Assembly (NCBI GenBank): GCA_017961285.1
Contig: JAGCXO010000013.1
Span: forward strand, 8,480-72,479
Reading direction: 5' to 3'
Origin: Alphaproteobacteria bacterium
GTDB lineage: Bacteria > Pseudomonadota > Alphaproteobacteria > RF32 > CAG-239
Length of the DNA stretch: 64,000 nt
Each line of letters starts with the position of its first letter. The first letter of the stretch is position 1. Both the position numbers and the translations under genes were made by a program. Below are positions 48,872-58,136 of the stretch, one piece after another. Under the pieces are notes generated by a model. The model made no database searches and was not told the DNA's origin. It worked only from the letters and a program-made list of their open reading frames with translations.

Positions 48872-49435
48872 TTAGAAGTTGTATCTAATACCGACAGAAT
48901 ATTCGTCGATAGCATCAACATAAGATTTTTGAGTATATACATGGTGATACATACCGCGCAAAGACCAATTGTCTGTCAGGTTATATTGCAAACCGGCATT
49001 CAAACGATAACCTGTTGAGTGGTCTTTTCCCGAACCATTACCAAGCCATCTTGCTTTGAAAGTATATTCAGCAATACCGGCACCGGCAATCAATTCAACT
49101 CTGCCTTCGCAACCTAAAGGAAGATATCCTAAAGCATCTAAACCATAGGCATTAAAACGAGTATGAACATACAGATTTTCATCCTGACCATAGTTGGTTC
49201 TGTTCTTTTCGTTGCCAGACATTTGGTAAAAAGCTTCTAATCCGAAGTTGCGATGAAGTTTTGCACCGGCGACAAGAGAGAGTGATTGGTAGTCGTCCTC
49301 TGCGTAACTTTCCCCATTATAAGCCCAGTCAAGGCTGGAATAGTTGCCGTCTAAACCGATATAAGGTCTAATTTCAGCATTAGCGGTATTAGCAACTAAA
49401 GCGGCAACACCTGCCAGTAATAAAGTTTTTTTCAT
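48872..49435 (-). CDS. Small outer-membrane beta-barrel protein (OmpA-like TM domain / OmpW-Opacity type, ~8 strands)
   Basis: The protein has a signal peptide MKKTLLLAGVAALVANTANA. It shows alternating hydrophobic beta-strand patterning and a C-terminal ...GIRYNF with terminal aromatic Phe. It is a paralogue of 61460-62011. Confidence 0.6.
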   Translation of the reverse strand: MKKTLLLAGVAALVANTANAEIRPYIGLDGNYSSLDWAYNGESYAEDDYQSLSLVAGAKLHRNFGLEAFYQMSGNEKNRTNYGQDENLYVHTRFNAYGLDALGYLPLGCEGRVELIAGAGIAEYTFKARWLGNGSGKDHSTGYRLNAGLQYNLTDNWSLRGMYHHVYTQKSYVDAIDEYSVGIRYNF

Positions 49436-49611
49436 AGTATAAATTTCCTTTTATAAAAGTTTGTTATTTCTTGTCAAATGACATAAATTACCCTTTCATA
49501 AGATTAGGATTGGAACTTGTTGTCAAGTAAATATTTAACAAATAGTTAATTTTGTGGTTAAGTTTATTAAAAAAAGGAGTATCTTTGGTGATACTCCTTT
49601 TTTGGTGTTGG

Positions 49612-50337
49612 CTAAATTGCGGTTTTAACATTTTTAACCATCAAAACGCCAACCTCGCTTTGGTAGCTCCAAGCCTTTGAGTTTTTTTCTTCAAGCTTGG
49701 TTACCGTTGCTACGGGGATGCTCTTTTTTAAGATTTTCCCCGATGGATCAAGCAGGACGGCTTTTTTCCCATCTATGCCGACGAACCTATTTTCGCTACC
49801 GTCGGTAATCATAAGGAGGCGGTTGTATGCTTCCTTGATTGAGATGGGGTCATTCCCCTCTGGGGAGACCTCTTGAACCCCCCACTTGCCGTCGCTCTTT
49901 GTGAAGAGCAAATCCTCAAACGGGTAGAAGGCGAGGTCTGACTTTGGTCCAACAATGCCTTGTCCGGCGAGCAAGAAGTATTTGCTGTCTTTTGCCTGCA
50001 TGGTGAAAAAGCCTTTACCAATCCAGACTTTTTCAAAGCGCAGGTCGGTGACTGGCTTAGCGGTGGTTCCGTCGAGTAATGCCCAGCGGCTCACGCCGTC
50101 AGGATCCTTCTTGCACTGGGCGAGAATGTAGCCGTTATATTCATCGGCCTGGACATAGATTGCCTCGGTGAGGTTCTCGCCGGCGGGAGCACCTGTCTTC
50201 TTCAGCCCGATGTACCCGTTTTCCTTGACCGTATAGGTCGAGAGGATATCATTGATGGCGCGCTCTTCCGAATGCCAGCAGCTGGTGGCGAACGTGCAAA
50301 TCATAGCAAATGCTAATGCTGCTAAGAATTTTTTCAT
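49612..50337 (-). CDS. WG-repeat-like lipoprotein; compositionally atypical (higher GC)
   Basis: The lipobox is FATSC. Repeats containing KWGVQEV, SRWALLDG and ENGYIGLKK resemble WG beta-repeat proteins. Codon third positions are G/C-rich, unlike neighbouring genes. Confidence 0.5.
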   Translation of the reverse strand: MKKFLAALAFAMICTFATSCWHSEERAINDILSTYTVKENGYIGLKKTGAPAGENLTEAIYVQADEYNGYILAQCKKDPDGVSRWALLDGTTAKPVTDLRFEKVWIGKGFFTMQAKDSKYFLLAGQGIVGPKSDLAFYPFEDLLFTKSDGKWGVQEVSPEGNDPISIKEAYNRLLMITDGSENRFVGIDGKKAVLLDPSGKILKKSIPVATVTKLEEKNSKAWSYQSEVGVLMVKNVKTAI

Positions 50338-50465
50338 AATATATAAAATTATAGGGTTCTGTAAGTGGTATATGTTATTTGTCTAAAATTGTCAAATATT
50401 TTTAAATGTTTTATTTATTTTTCTGTTGTATTATACCTTAAATTTAGGTTTTTGAGGGAAAAACA

Positions 50466-51785
50466 ATGGAAAAAATATCATCAGCGAAATTAAAAGAAAT
50501 TTTGTCTTGCGACTCGGAGGTTGTTGATACAGAGATAGAAAAAGTGATTACCGACAGCCGCAAAATTGAACAAGGGGCTTTGTTTTTGGCAATTGCCGGC
50601 GAAAAATTTGATGGTCATAACTTTGTGGCAAAGGCTTTGGAAGATGGCTGTGCTTTGGCGATTGTTGACCATTTGGTCGACAATGCGCCGGCGAATCGGC
50701 AATTGGTGATGAAAGATACTTTGGAGGCTTATGGCAAATTGGGGGCTTATAATCGCAAAAGTTTTAAGGGAAAAGTTATCGGTTTGACCGGAAGTGCCGG
50801 AAAAACCACCACAAAAGAAGAAATTAAATATATGCTTTCGGCTTTCGGAAAAGTTTATGCAACAGGCGGCAATCATAACAACCATGTCGGTGTGCCGCAA
50901 ACACTTTTGGAAATGGATATGAGTGCAGACTATGCTGTTGTGGAAATGGGAATGAGCTCAAAAGGCGAAATTTCTAAGCTGACATCGTGGGTGAAGCCGG
51001 ATATTGCGCTTGTTACCAATGTTTATCCGATGCATATTGAGTTTTTTGACAGTTTTGAGGGAATTGCCGAGGCAAAGGCCGAAATTTTTGAAAGTTTGCC
51101 GGCAAACGGTACGGCGATTATTAATGAAGATACCAATTTTGCCGATATATTGGAAAAAAGGGCAAGAGAGCACGTGAAAAATGTGTTGTTCTTTGGAAAA
51201 AATAATCATTTCGGCGGTAAATTGGAGCTGGAAGAAGACGGAGAAATTCAGCGCTATAATGCTTGGGCGGCTTTGAAAGTTGCCGAGGCTTTGGGGCTTG
51301 ATTGTCAAAAGGCCGCAGATGTATTGAGAGATTTCGGTGCGCTTGACGGCAGAGGAAAAAAACATCTACTCTCGCTGCCGAAAGGTGGAAAATATACTTT
51401 GATTGATGACAGCTATTCCGGTCAGCCGGAGGCAATGAGAATTGCGATAAAGGCTTTGGCAAAGACGGAGTGTTCGGGGAGAAAAATTGCAGTTTTGGGG
51501 AAAATGGCGGAATTGGGTGATTTTTCAAAACAGGAGCATATTGAAGTCGGTAAGGTTTTGGCAGATACGGATATTGATATTGTGGTCGGGGTAAAGCCGG
51601 AGACAAAAGATATTTTGGCACAGTTGCCGGAGCGTATGACACAATATTATTTTGACAACAAAGACGGTTTGGCAGATTTTTTGAGAAATAAATTGTTGCA
51701 AAACGGCGATATTTTGCTTATAAAGGGGGCAAGGTATTCTTCGGAATTGTATAAAGTTACGGATGAACTGTTAAAAGGATTGTGA
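50466..51785 (+). CDS. murF: UDP-N-acetylmuramoyl-tripeptide--D-alanyl-D-alanine ligase
   Basis: The product contains [13 protein letters not shown] (the Mur ligase P-loop) and the typical murF N-terminal and C-terminal domains. Confidence 0.85.
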   Translation: MEKISSAKLKEILSCDSEVVDTEIEKVITDSRKIEQGALFLAIAGEKFDGHNFVAKALEDGCALAIVDHLVDNAPANRQLVMKDTLEAYGKLGAYNRKSFKGKVIGLTGSAGKTTTKEEIKYMLSAFGKVYATGGNHNNHVGVPQTLLEMDMSADYAVVEMGMSSKGEISKLTSWVKPDIALVTNVYPMHIEFFDSFEGIAEAKAEIFESLPANGTAIINEDTNFADILEKRAREHVKNVLFFGKNNHFGGKLELEEDGEIQRYNAWAALKVAEALGLDCQKAADVLRDFGALDGRGKKHLLSLPKGGKYTLIDDSYSGQPEAMRIAIKALAKTECSGRKIAVLGKMAELGDFSKQEHIEVGKVLADTDIDIVVGVKPETKDILAQLPERMTQYYFDNKDGLADFLRNKLLQNGDILLIKGARYSSELYKVTDELLKGL

Positions 51786-51786
51786 T

Positions 51787-52263
51787 ATGAAATGCCCTTT
51801 TTGCGGCTGTTTGGAAAGCCAAGTAAAAGATTCAAGACTTACAGAGGACAATACTTGCATTAGACGCAGGCGCGAATGTCCGGAATGCGGATCGCGTTTT
51901 ACGACTTTTGAACGTGTTATGCTGAGAGAGTTGGTAGTGGTTAAGAAAAACGGCGAAAAGGTTAGTTTTGACAGAGAAAAGCTGTTGCGCTCAATACAGT
52001 TGGCGGTGCGCAAACGTCCGATTACGCCTGAGAGAGTTGAAAAAATTGTCAATTCTATTCAGCGCAAGTTGGAGAGCTCGGGCGAGGCGGAAATTACATC
52101 TTCGGCAATCGGTGAGCTGGTGATGGAGGCTTTGGCAAATTTGGACAGTGTGGCTTATATTCGTTTTGCTTCCGTTTATAAAGATTTTTGTGAGGCCAGC
52201 GATTTTGAAGAATTTGTAAATACCATTGATGAAATGGCAAAAAAGAAAGATAAAAAGGAATAA
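51787..52263 (+). CDS. nrdR: Transcriptional repressor NrdR (zinc ribbon plus ATP-cone)
   Basis: The product starts [44 protein letters not shown]. Confidence 0.85.
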   Translation: MKCPFCGCLESQVKDSRLTEDNTCIRRRRECPECGSRFTTFERVMLRELVVVKKNGEKVSFDREKLLRSIQLAVRKRPITPERVEKIVNSIQRKLESSGEAEITSSAIGELVMEALANLDSVAYIRFASVYKDFCEASDFEEFVNTIDEMAKKKDKKE

Positions 52264-52266
52264 GAT

Positions 52267-52749
52267 ATGGCAAAATTTGTTTCTGATAAAATTAGGAAAA
52301 AAAGCGCGGCAAGATTGGCGGCAGTGCAGGCAACTTATATGATTGCATACAGCCAATTGCCGGTTGATGAAGTTGTGCAAGATTTTTTGCAGGGTGAAGT
52401 CGGAAATTATCTTATTGCCGAGAACGAGCAGGGTGGGGAAGAAACCGTGCCGGTTGAGCCCATGGATAAGGAATATTTTGAACGTGTCGTCAGAGGTGTG
52501 CACAGCGAGAAAGAAAATTTGGAAAAATCGCTCAATTTGTTCTTGAGCGAGGGCAGAAGTTTGGAGAGTTGCGACGGGACTTTGCAGGCTTTGCTTTTGT
52601 GCGCTATGTATGAAATTGCCAATACAACGGATTTGGATGTGAAAGTGATTATACAGGAATATGTCGATATGGCTTATGCCTTTTTCAGCAAAAATGAGCC
52701 TAAAATGGTTAATGCTCTCTTGGATCAAATTGCAAAGCAGGTAAGATGA
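52267..52749 (+). CDS. nusB: Transcription antitermination factor NusB
   Basis: The 160-aa product contains ARLAAVQATY and has the all-helical NusB pattern. It is positioned directly after nrdR. Confidence 0.75.
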   Translation: MAKFVSDKIRKKSAARLAAVQATYMIAYSQLPVDEVVQDFLQGEVGNYLIAENEQGGEETVPVEPMDKEYFERVVRGVHSEKENLEKSLNLFLSEGRSLESCDGTLQALLLCAMYEIANTTDLDVKVIIQEYVDMAYAFFSKNEPKMVNALLDQIAKQVR

Positions 52750-53270
52750 CAAAGTTGAAGATTTATGAATATCCGCATCCGGTGTTGAAGCAAAAATCTG
52801 AGCGTGTGGCAAAGATTGATGATGAGTTGCGCAAGTTTCTTGATGATATGCTGGAGACAATGTATATTGCTGACGGAGTTGGTTTGGCAGCCCCACAGGT
52901 CGGAGTTTCGAAAAGGATTGTTGTCATTGATGTGAGTGCGGCAGAAGAAGAGGGGGCTGAAAAATCGCCAATCTTTTTGGTTAATCCGGAAATTGTGTGG
53001 CATTCTGATGAAAAAGGCTGTCAATTTGAGGGCTGTTTGTCGGTGCCGGAACAACGCGCCGAAGTTGAGAGATATTTGCAAGTGCGTGTGCATTATCAAG
53101 ACTATGACGGCAAAGAGCAAGAGATTTTGGCTGACGGGTTGCTAGCGATTGCTTTGCAACATGAAATAGACCATTTGGACGGGATTTTATACATTGATAG
53201 GATTAGCCGTTTGAAAAGACAAATGCTTTTGAAGAAGTTGCAAAAATTGCGCCAGGAAGAGGAAGAATAA
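52746..53270 (+). CDS. def: Peptide deformylase
   Basis: The motifs GVGLAAPQVG, EGCLSVP and QHEIDHLDG are present. The start ATGA overlaps the nusB stop. Confidence 0.85.
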   Translation: MTKLKIYEYPHPVLKQKSERVAKIDDELRKFLDDMLETMYIADGVGLAAPQVGVSKRIVVIDVSAAEEEGAEKSPIFLVNPEIVWHSDEKGCQFEGCLSVPEQRAEVERYLQVRVHYQDYDGKEQEILADGLLAIALQHEIDHLDGILYIDRISRLKRQMLLKKLQKLRQEEEE

Positions 53271-54160
53271 TGAAAATTGTGTTTATGGGAACGCCTGATT
53301 TTGCTCTGGAAGCTTTACAGGCTTTGGCTAAAGAGCATGATGTTGTTGCGGTATATACCAAAGAGCCAAAAATTTCCGGCCGCGGTAATAAATTGGTGAA
53401 AACTCCGGTGAATTTGTGGGCAGAAGAAAACGGAGTTGAGGTGCGCACTCCAAAAACTTTGCGCAATGATGAAGAACAGAAAAAATTTGCTGAGCTCAAT
53501 GCAGATATTGCGGTGGTTGCAGCTTATGGTTTGATATTGCCCAAACAAGTGTTGGAGGCATATACATTGGGATGTATAAATATTCATGCGTCATTGTTAC
53601 CAAGATGGCGCGGGGCGGCACCAATTCAACGCGCGATTGAGGCCGGTGATAAAAAAAGCGGCGTAACAATTATGAAAATGGCTGAGGGACTTGATACCGG
53701 TGATATGCTCCTTAAAGGCGAAGTGGAAATTACGCAAGATATGACCGGCGGAGAGCTGCATGACAAGCTTGCGGATATGGGGGCGGAGTTGGTTTTGAAA
53801 ACTTTGCGAGAGTGGAAAAATATTGAACCGCAAGTTCAAGATGAGAATTTAAGCTGTTATGCAAACAAGATTGAAAAATCAGAGAGTTTGCTCGATTTTG
53901 GAATTTCGGCGAAAGATTTGGAGCGCAAAATCAGAGCATTTAATCCTTATCCGGCTGTTTATTTTGAACACAAGGGTGAGAGATTTAAAATTTTGCGCGC
54001 GGTGGTTTGTGATGAAAAAAATCTGCCGGGGAAAATTTGGCAAGATGGGAACAAACTTTTTGTCGGCGCAAGTGATGCAGCGCTGGAGATTTTGGAAATT
54101 CAACGTCAGGGCAAAAAGGTTATGAGTGCGGAAGAACTTTTGAGAGGTTATTTTTTTTAA
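53270..54160 (+). CDS. fmt: Methionyl-tRNA formyltransferase
   Basis: The product starts MKIVFMGTPDFA and contains the HASLLPRWRGAAPIQRAI motif. The start overlaps the def stop. Confidence 0.85.
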   Translation: MKIVFMGTPDFALEALQALAKEHDVVAVYTKEPKISGRGNKLVKTPVNLWAEENGVEVRTPKTLRNDEEQKKFAELNADIAVVAAYGLILPKQVLEAYTLGCINIHASLLPRWRGAAPIQRAIEAGDKKSGVTIMKMAEGLDTGDMLLKGEVEITQDMTGGELHDKLADMGAELVLKTLREWKNIEPQVQDENLSCYANKIEKSESLLDFGISAKDLERKIRAFNPYPAVYFEHKGERFKILRAVVCDEKNLPGKIWQDGNKLFVGASDAALEILEIQRQGKKVMSAEELLRGYFF

Positions 54161-54206
54161 TTGTTTTTGCGCAAAATTGTTAAGAAGTTTATTAATTTGT
54201 AAAACA

Positions 54207-54282
54207 AAAAATTCGAAGACCCCTTGAATTTTTTGCTAATTGCAAAAAATAGGGGTGACGTTAATTAAAAATAGGGGTGACA
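54207..54282. repeat. Intergenic repeat element (GACCCCTTGA core plus 2 x AAAAATAGGGGTGAC)
   Basis: AAAATTCGAAGACCCCTTGAATTTTTT matches the reverse complement of 27751-27772 (19 of 20 positions) and TAGATCCCTTGAATTTTTT at 27906-27924. It is followed by an imperfect hairpin AUUUUUUG/CAAAAAAU and two direct copies of AAAAATAGGGGTGAC at 54246-54260 and 54267-54281. Confidence 0.75.
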
Positions 54283-54286
54283 AATT

Positions 54287-55450
54287 TTATTTTGTGGCAA
54301 TCTCGTCAAAGAGTTGGGTCCACATAGCGATAACATTTTGCGGGGCATATGCTTTTACATCTTCGATGGCGTTTTTGCCAAACTTTATACGCAATTCTTT
54401 GTTGCGCATCAGTTCTGCCATATATGATGAAAATTCTTCCATGTTGTTTGCTAAAAATCCGTTTTGACCATGGATAATTAGCTCGTTAACTGCCGGAGCT
54501 TGGGCAAAACCGATGGTTGGCAATCCTGCTGCCTGTCCGTCTGCAACACCAAGGCCGAAACCTTCATATTTACTGGGGAAGGCTTGAAAATCTGCACTTT
54601 TGTATACTGATAGTATGTCAGTTGTATATCCTCTGATAAAAACTTGGTTTTCAATATGGTAATTGCGGGCAATGTTCATGATTTCTTTTTCATATTGAGG
54701 ATATTTTTGCAATCCCCAAAATTCAATTATCCAATCGGGGAAATCTTTGGCAATTTTCCCGAAGGCTTCTACCAGAAGATGTTGTCGTTTTACGTTCGGT
54801 TCGATACGTGCAACATATATGATTTTTTTCTTTTCAACATTTAAATCTGCATAATCTTTTGGTGAAAGTTGTTGCACCATATTAGGAATTGCAACAATTT
54901 TTTTAGGAGCAAATTCTTTATCTAACAATGGCGCAAATGATGAAAGCAAAACTTGCCAAATGCTGACTTGTTTGAATGCTTTGTGGTGAAACCATAACAA
55001 CGGTTTTATTTCTTTATGCAAATCGTCAAACTTCTCATCAATAGGGTTATTTTTGTATTTTCCGAGTATGACATCAGGAACATTATGTAACATCATAATA
55101 ATCGGAATATTGTGCTTTTGAAACGTGGTGACACTGAACAAATCTTTGGGAAAATAACATATTATTACATCCGGTTTTTCTTTTTTGATAAGTTTTTTAT
55201 AACGGAAGCAGGATGGAATAATTTTGCAACGTATGCGGTGATAAAGATTGACAAGCAAATTTTTGGTTTTGCCGCTTAAGTTGATGAGTTTTACTTTGGG
55301 ATTGAAAGTTAATTCGTTGCCGACTTTTTTGTAGGTGTCGCAAACAACAGATATGTCATAATCAGGTCTTGTTTCTTGTAAAGCGTTGATATATTGGACC
55401 AACCATTTGGTGTTTAAGACATTGCGGCTACGAATAAACATAAGTTTCAT
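54287..55450 (-). CDS. Glycosyltransferase family 4 (GT-B, retaining)
   Basis: The C-terminal motif is EGFGLGVADGQAAGLPTIGFAQAPAVNELIIHGQNGFL (the E-x7-E region of GT4). Confidence 0.75.
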   Translation of the reverse strand: MKLMFIRSRNVLNTKWLVQYINALQETRPDYDISVVCDTYKKVGNELTFNPKVKLINLSGKTKNLLVNLYHRIRCKIIPSCFRYKKLIKKEKPDVIICYFPKDLFSVTTFQKHNIPIIMMLHNVPDVILGKYKNNPIDEKFDDLHKEIKPLLWFHHKAFKQVSIWQVLLSSFAPLLDKEFAPKKIVAIPNMVQQLSPKDYADLNVEKKKIIYVARIEPNVKRQHLLVEAFGKIAKDFPDWIIEFWGLQKYPQYEKEIMNIARNYHIENQVFIRGYTTDILSVYKSADFQAFPSKYEGFGLGVADGQAAGLPTIGFAQAPAVNELIIHGQNGFLANNMEEFSSYMAELMRNKELRIKFGKNAIEDVKAYAPQNVIAMWTQLFDEIATK

Positions 55451-55525
55451 TGCTTTGCTCCAGATAGTTTTTGAACGACAACATTCTATGATTTAGATTT
55501 GTAATAGTCAAAGGTATTTTATCAG

Positions 55526-56344
55526 TTATTTGCAGGCGGAGATGAGTGCCTTAAAGAGTTTTTCTTGTATTTCTTTGACTTTTTTATATTCGATAGGATA
55601 CTCGTCAGTAAATTTTGTGATTATTTTTGTTGTGAGCAGTCCATCATTAATATCGTCGGTTGTTAGGTGCTTCGGCACAAGATTGAAAACTGAATAATAA
55701 TCCTTGAATTTGTAGTCATCTCCGATCAGCTTTGACAGTTGAAGCCATTTGTTAGGGATACCTAAAGAATCTGCCGCAATCAGACCGTGCATTGCTGTTG
55801 ATAAGATGAAATCGCACTCGGCAATTTTGTGCAGAATTTCCAGCGGATTATCGCGAAAGTTTATCAAAACGGAATTGGGATAATTGTCCAATATTTTTTG
55901 CCATATTGGGTTGTTTATGTCTTGACAGTGAGGAGTAAGTCCGATGGCATATTTTTTGTTTGGCATTTTATCAATTAAATGGTCAAACAACAGGCCTCCG
56001 TCACCGAGCTCTGTGTCTATTTTGTGTCCGACACTTTTTTCCATGCGAGCTTGAGTGATTTTGCCCCGCAGAGCGGCAAATTTTATGTTTTTTCTAATAC
56101 TTTCGTGCCAGTCAACCTCTTTTATGAAACCTGATGTCCAAACTGTTGCAGGAGGGGAGAACATATCAATAATTGTTTTACCAAAACGCGGACGAGTAAA
56201 GCCGTTTAAAATGCTGCCGATGCCAATAATTTTTGCACTGTGTTTTCCGGCATATATACATTTTTGACCGGTAAGGCATTCAATTAATATTGGGTTCATG
56301 GCATCACCAAAATTGTTGGCGCGGCAATAGTGTAGTTTTATCAT
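55526..56344 (-). CDS. Polysaccharide pyruvyl transferase family protein
   Basis: The N-terminus LHYCRANNFGDAMNPIL fits the PS_pyruv_trans pattern (N.GD.L). The gene is adjacent to the glycosyltransferase on the same strand. Confidence 0.5.
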   Translation of the reverse strand: MIKLHYCRANNFGDAMNPILIECLTGQKCIYAGKHSAKIIGIGSILNGFTRPRFGKTIIDMFSPPATVWTSGFIKEVDWHESIRKNIKFAALRGKITQARMEKSVGHKIDTELGDGGLLFDHLIDKMPNKKYAIGLTPHCQDINNPIWQKILDNYPNSVLINFRDNPLEILHKIAECDFILSTAMHGLIAADSLGIPNKWLQLSKLIGDDYKFKDYYSVFNLVPKHLTTDDINDGLLTTKIITKFTDEYPIEYKKVKEIQEKLFKALISACK

Positions 56345-56540
56345 GGTAGTCTTCTTTATAAGTCGTTTATTTTGTAAAATGATACCGTTTTGGTATAAAT
56401 TGTCAATAAATAATGTATCGATTTGGTGTTTGTTGAGGTTGACAAATTCTCTATAAGTGCTATACCGAAAAATGGTTCAGATGATAAAAAAATGTGAATG
56501 TTTGGGAACTGAAAAGAAAAAACTGATGGTGTTGGAAATG

Positions 56541-56572
56541 AAAGCCCGCCTTTTCAGAGGCGGGCTTTTTTT
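56541..56572. terminator. Rho-independent terminator downstream of fadL-like gene
   Basis: AAAGCCCGCC-ttttcaga-GGCGGGCTTTTTTT has a 7-8 bp GC stem followed by T7. Confidence 0.75.
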
Positions 56573-56590
56573 GTCGTTTGAGCGGAATAT

Positions 56591-57823
56591 TTAGAAGTGA
56601 TAGGTTAATGAACCTGCAACGATGTGAATTTTGTTGCTGTATTCTGCACTCAAAGCACCGCGTTGATCATCGCCACGATGGTCGCCGCGCAAGTTAACTT
56701 TAGCACTGTCGGCGGCAATATGAGTGTAGCCGACATTGAAAGTCAGGTGTTCGTTATATTTATATTCTAAACCTGCCGAATACCATAAACGGCTGCTGTC
56801 AGGAATACGCGGTGTGCGATATTCATCATTAACAGCTCCTTTTTCGTAGGCAACGCCGAGACGCAATTTCCATTGATCATCGAGCTTTTTGTTTATACCC
56901 AATGCGTAAAAGTCGGTATCTTTCCATTTTTCTTCGGTGATGCTGCTTATGGTTTTGCCTTTGATTTCCAGTTTATCAAAGCTTGACCAGAAAACACGGC
57001 TATATTCGGCCATAACCGCCCAATCATCATTGATTTGGTGATATGCACCGATATTCAAAGTTGCCGGTGTGGTCAAGCGGGCAGAAACATCTTGGTTCAT
57101 TTGCGCCAAAAGACCGTCAAAATCAATGTCTCCCTTGATTTTGTGTTTGATTTTGCTGCGATAACCAGCGCCGAAACGAGTACCTTTGATGGGTTCATAC
57201 ATGGCACCTAATTGGTAACCGACATCAATGGTGTCACCTTTGACTGTAGATTTGTCTTCTACTCCGGGCATCGGGGTAACGCTGTTGCGAAGCTGAGCTT
57301 TGATATATTGAACAGGTATACCGGCACCGAATGATAGTTGGTCATTGTATTTGTATGCAACCATTGGAGTAAATGTGGCACTGATAATTTTTGATAATGT
57401 GCCATGATTGCGTCCGGCCCAATCGTCGGGATATTTTGTAATCATACCAAAAGGGGTATTAAGAGAAATACCGGCCGTAAATTGGTCGTTTATTTGGTGT
57501 GAAAAATAGGCCTGCGGTGAGGCGGCGGCATGAACTATATTGCCCATATAATCGTTATGCTCGCCTAAACCGTTGTTGGCGTTTTTGGCAACGGAAGTCG
57601 GAGAAATCCATGTGCCACCGAGTTCCATGTTGGTGCCGCTATGATATGCGAGAGCAGCGGGGTTGAAATAGGAATATGAAATATCCTCGGCTCCGGCTGT
57701 GGCACCGGCATAGGCATTGCCTTGTGCGGCGGCAGATTGTTCTTTCAAATAGAATCCCGAAGCGTTGGCCTCAGAACAGGTTAAAACCACTGCGAGAGCG
57801 GTCATAGTAATAAGTTTTTTCAT
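56591..57823 (-). CDS. fadL: Outer-membrane long-chain fatty acid / hydrophobic compound transporter, FadL/OmpP1 family
   Basis: The protein has a signal peptide, then SGFYLKEQSAAAQGNAYAGATA (the FadL N-terminal hatch motif), and a C-terminal ...SLTYHF. Confidence 0.75.
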   Translation of the reverse strand: MKKLITMTALAVVLTCSEANASGFYLKEQSAAAQGNAYAGATAGAEDISYSYFNPAALAYHSGTNMELGGTWISPTSVAKNANNGLGEHNDYMGNIVHAAASPQAYFSHQINDQFTAGISLNTPFGMITKYPDDWAGRNHGTLSKIISATFTPMVAYKYNDQLSFGAGIPVQYIKAQLRNSVTPMPGVEDKSTVKGDTIDVGYQLGAMYEPIKGTRFGAGYRSKIKHKIKGDIDFDGLLAQMNQDVSARLTTPATLNIGAYHQINDDWAVMAEYSRVFWSSFDKLEIKGKTISSITEEKWKDTDFYALGINKKLDDQWKLRLGVAYEKGAVNDEYRTPRIPDSSRLWYSAGLEYKYNEHLTFNVGYTHIAADSAKVNLRGDHRGDDQRGALSAEYSNKIHIVAGSLTYHF

Positions 57824-57987
57824 GAAATTTTCAGTTTAAAAAGTTGAACCAAATAACATTTTATATAAATAGCGGCTTGTTAAGGGTTTTATTATTAATT
57901 ATTTTGCCGTTTTGAAATTTTTTGAAACAAAATGTTATATCGTGAGTTTTTTTAGCAAATAAAAATTAAAAATCAAGCTAAAAATTT

Positions 57988-58010
57988 ATCCCCTTTATCA
58001 TTAGGGGTGT
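57988..58010. promoter_or_regulatory. Palindrome ATCCCCTTTATCATTAGGGGTGT in the fadL/aas divergent intergenic region (candidate operator)
   Basis: The CCCCT-N8-AGGGG inverted repeat lies about 125 bp upstream of the aas start. It shares the CCCCT/AGGGGTG theme of the other intergenic elements. Confidence 0.4.
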
Positions 58011-58136
58011 ATTATTAAGTAAAAACAGTGTATTATACAAAAAATAGGGCTGTTGAAATGATAAGCGGATAATTTTTTCTTTACAAAGGAGCTATCAAAA
58101 TAGTAAATTGTTTCCAAGTTTTAATAATCGGAGACT

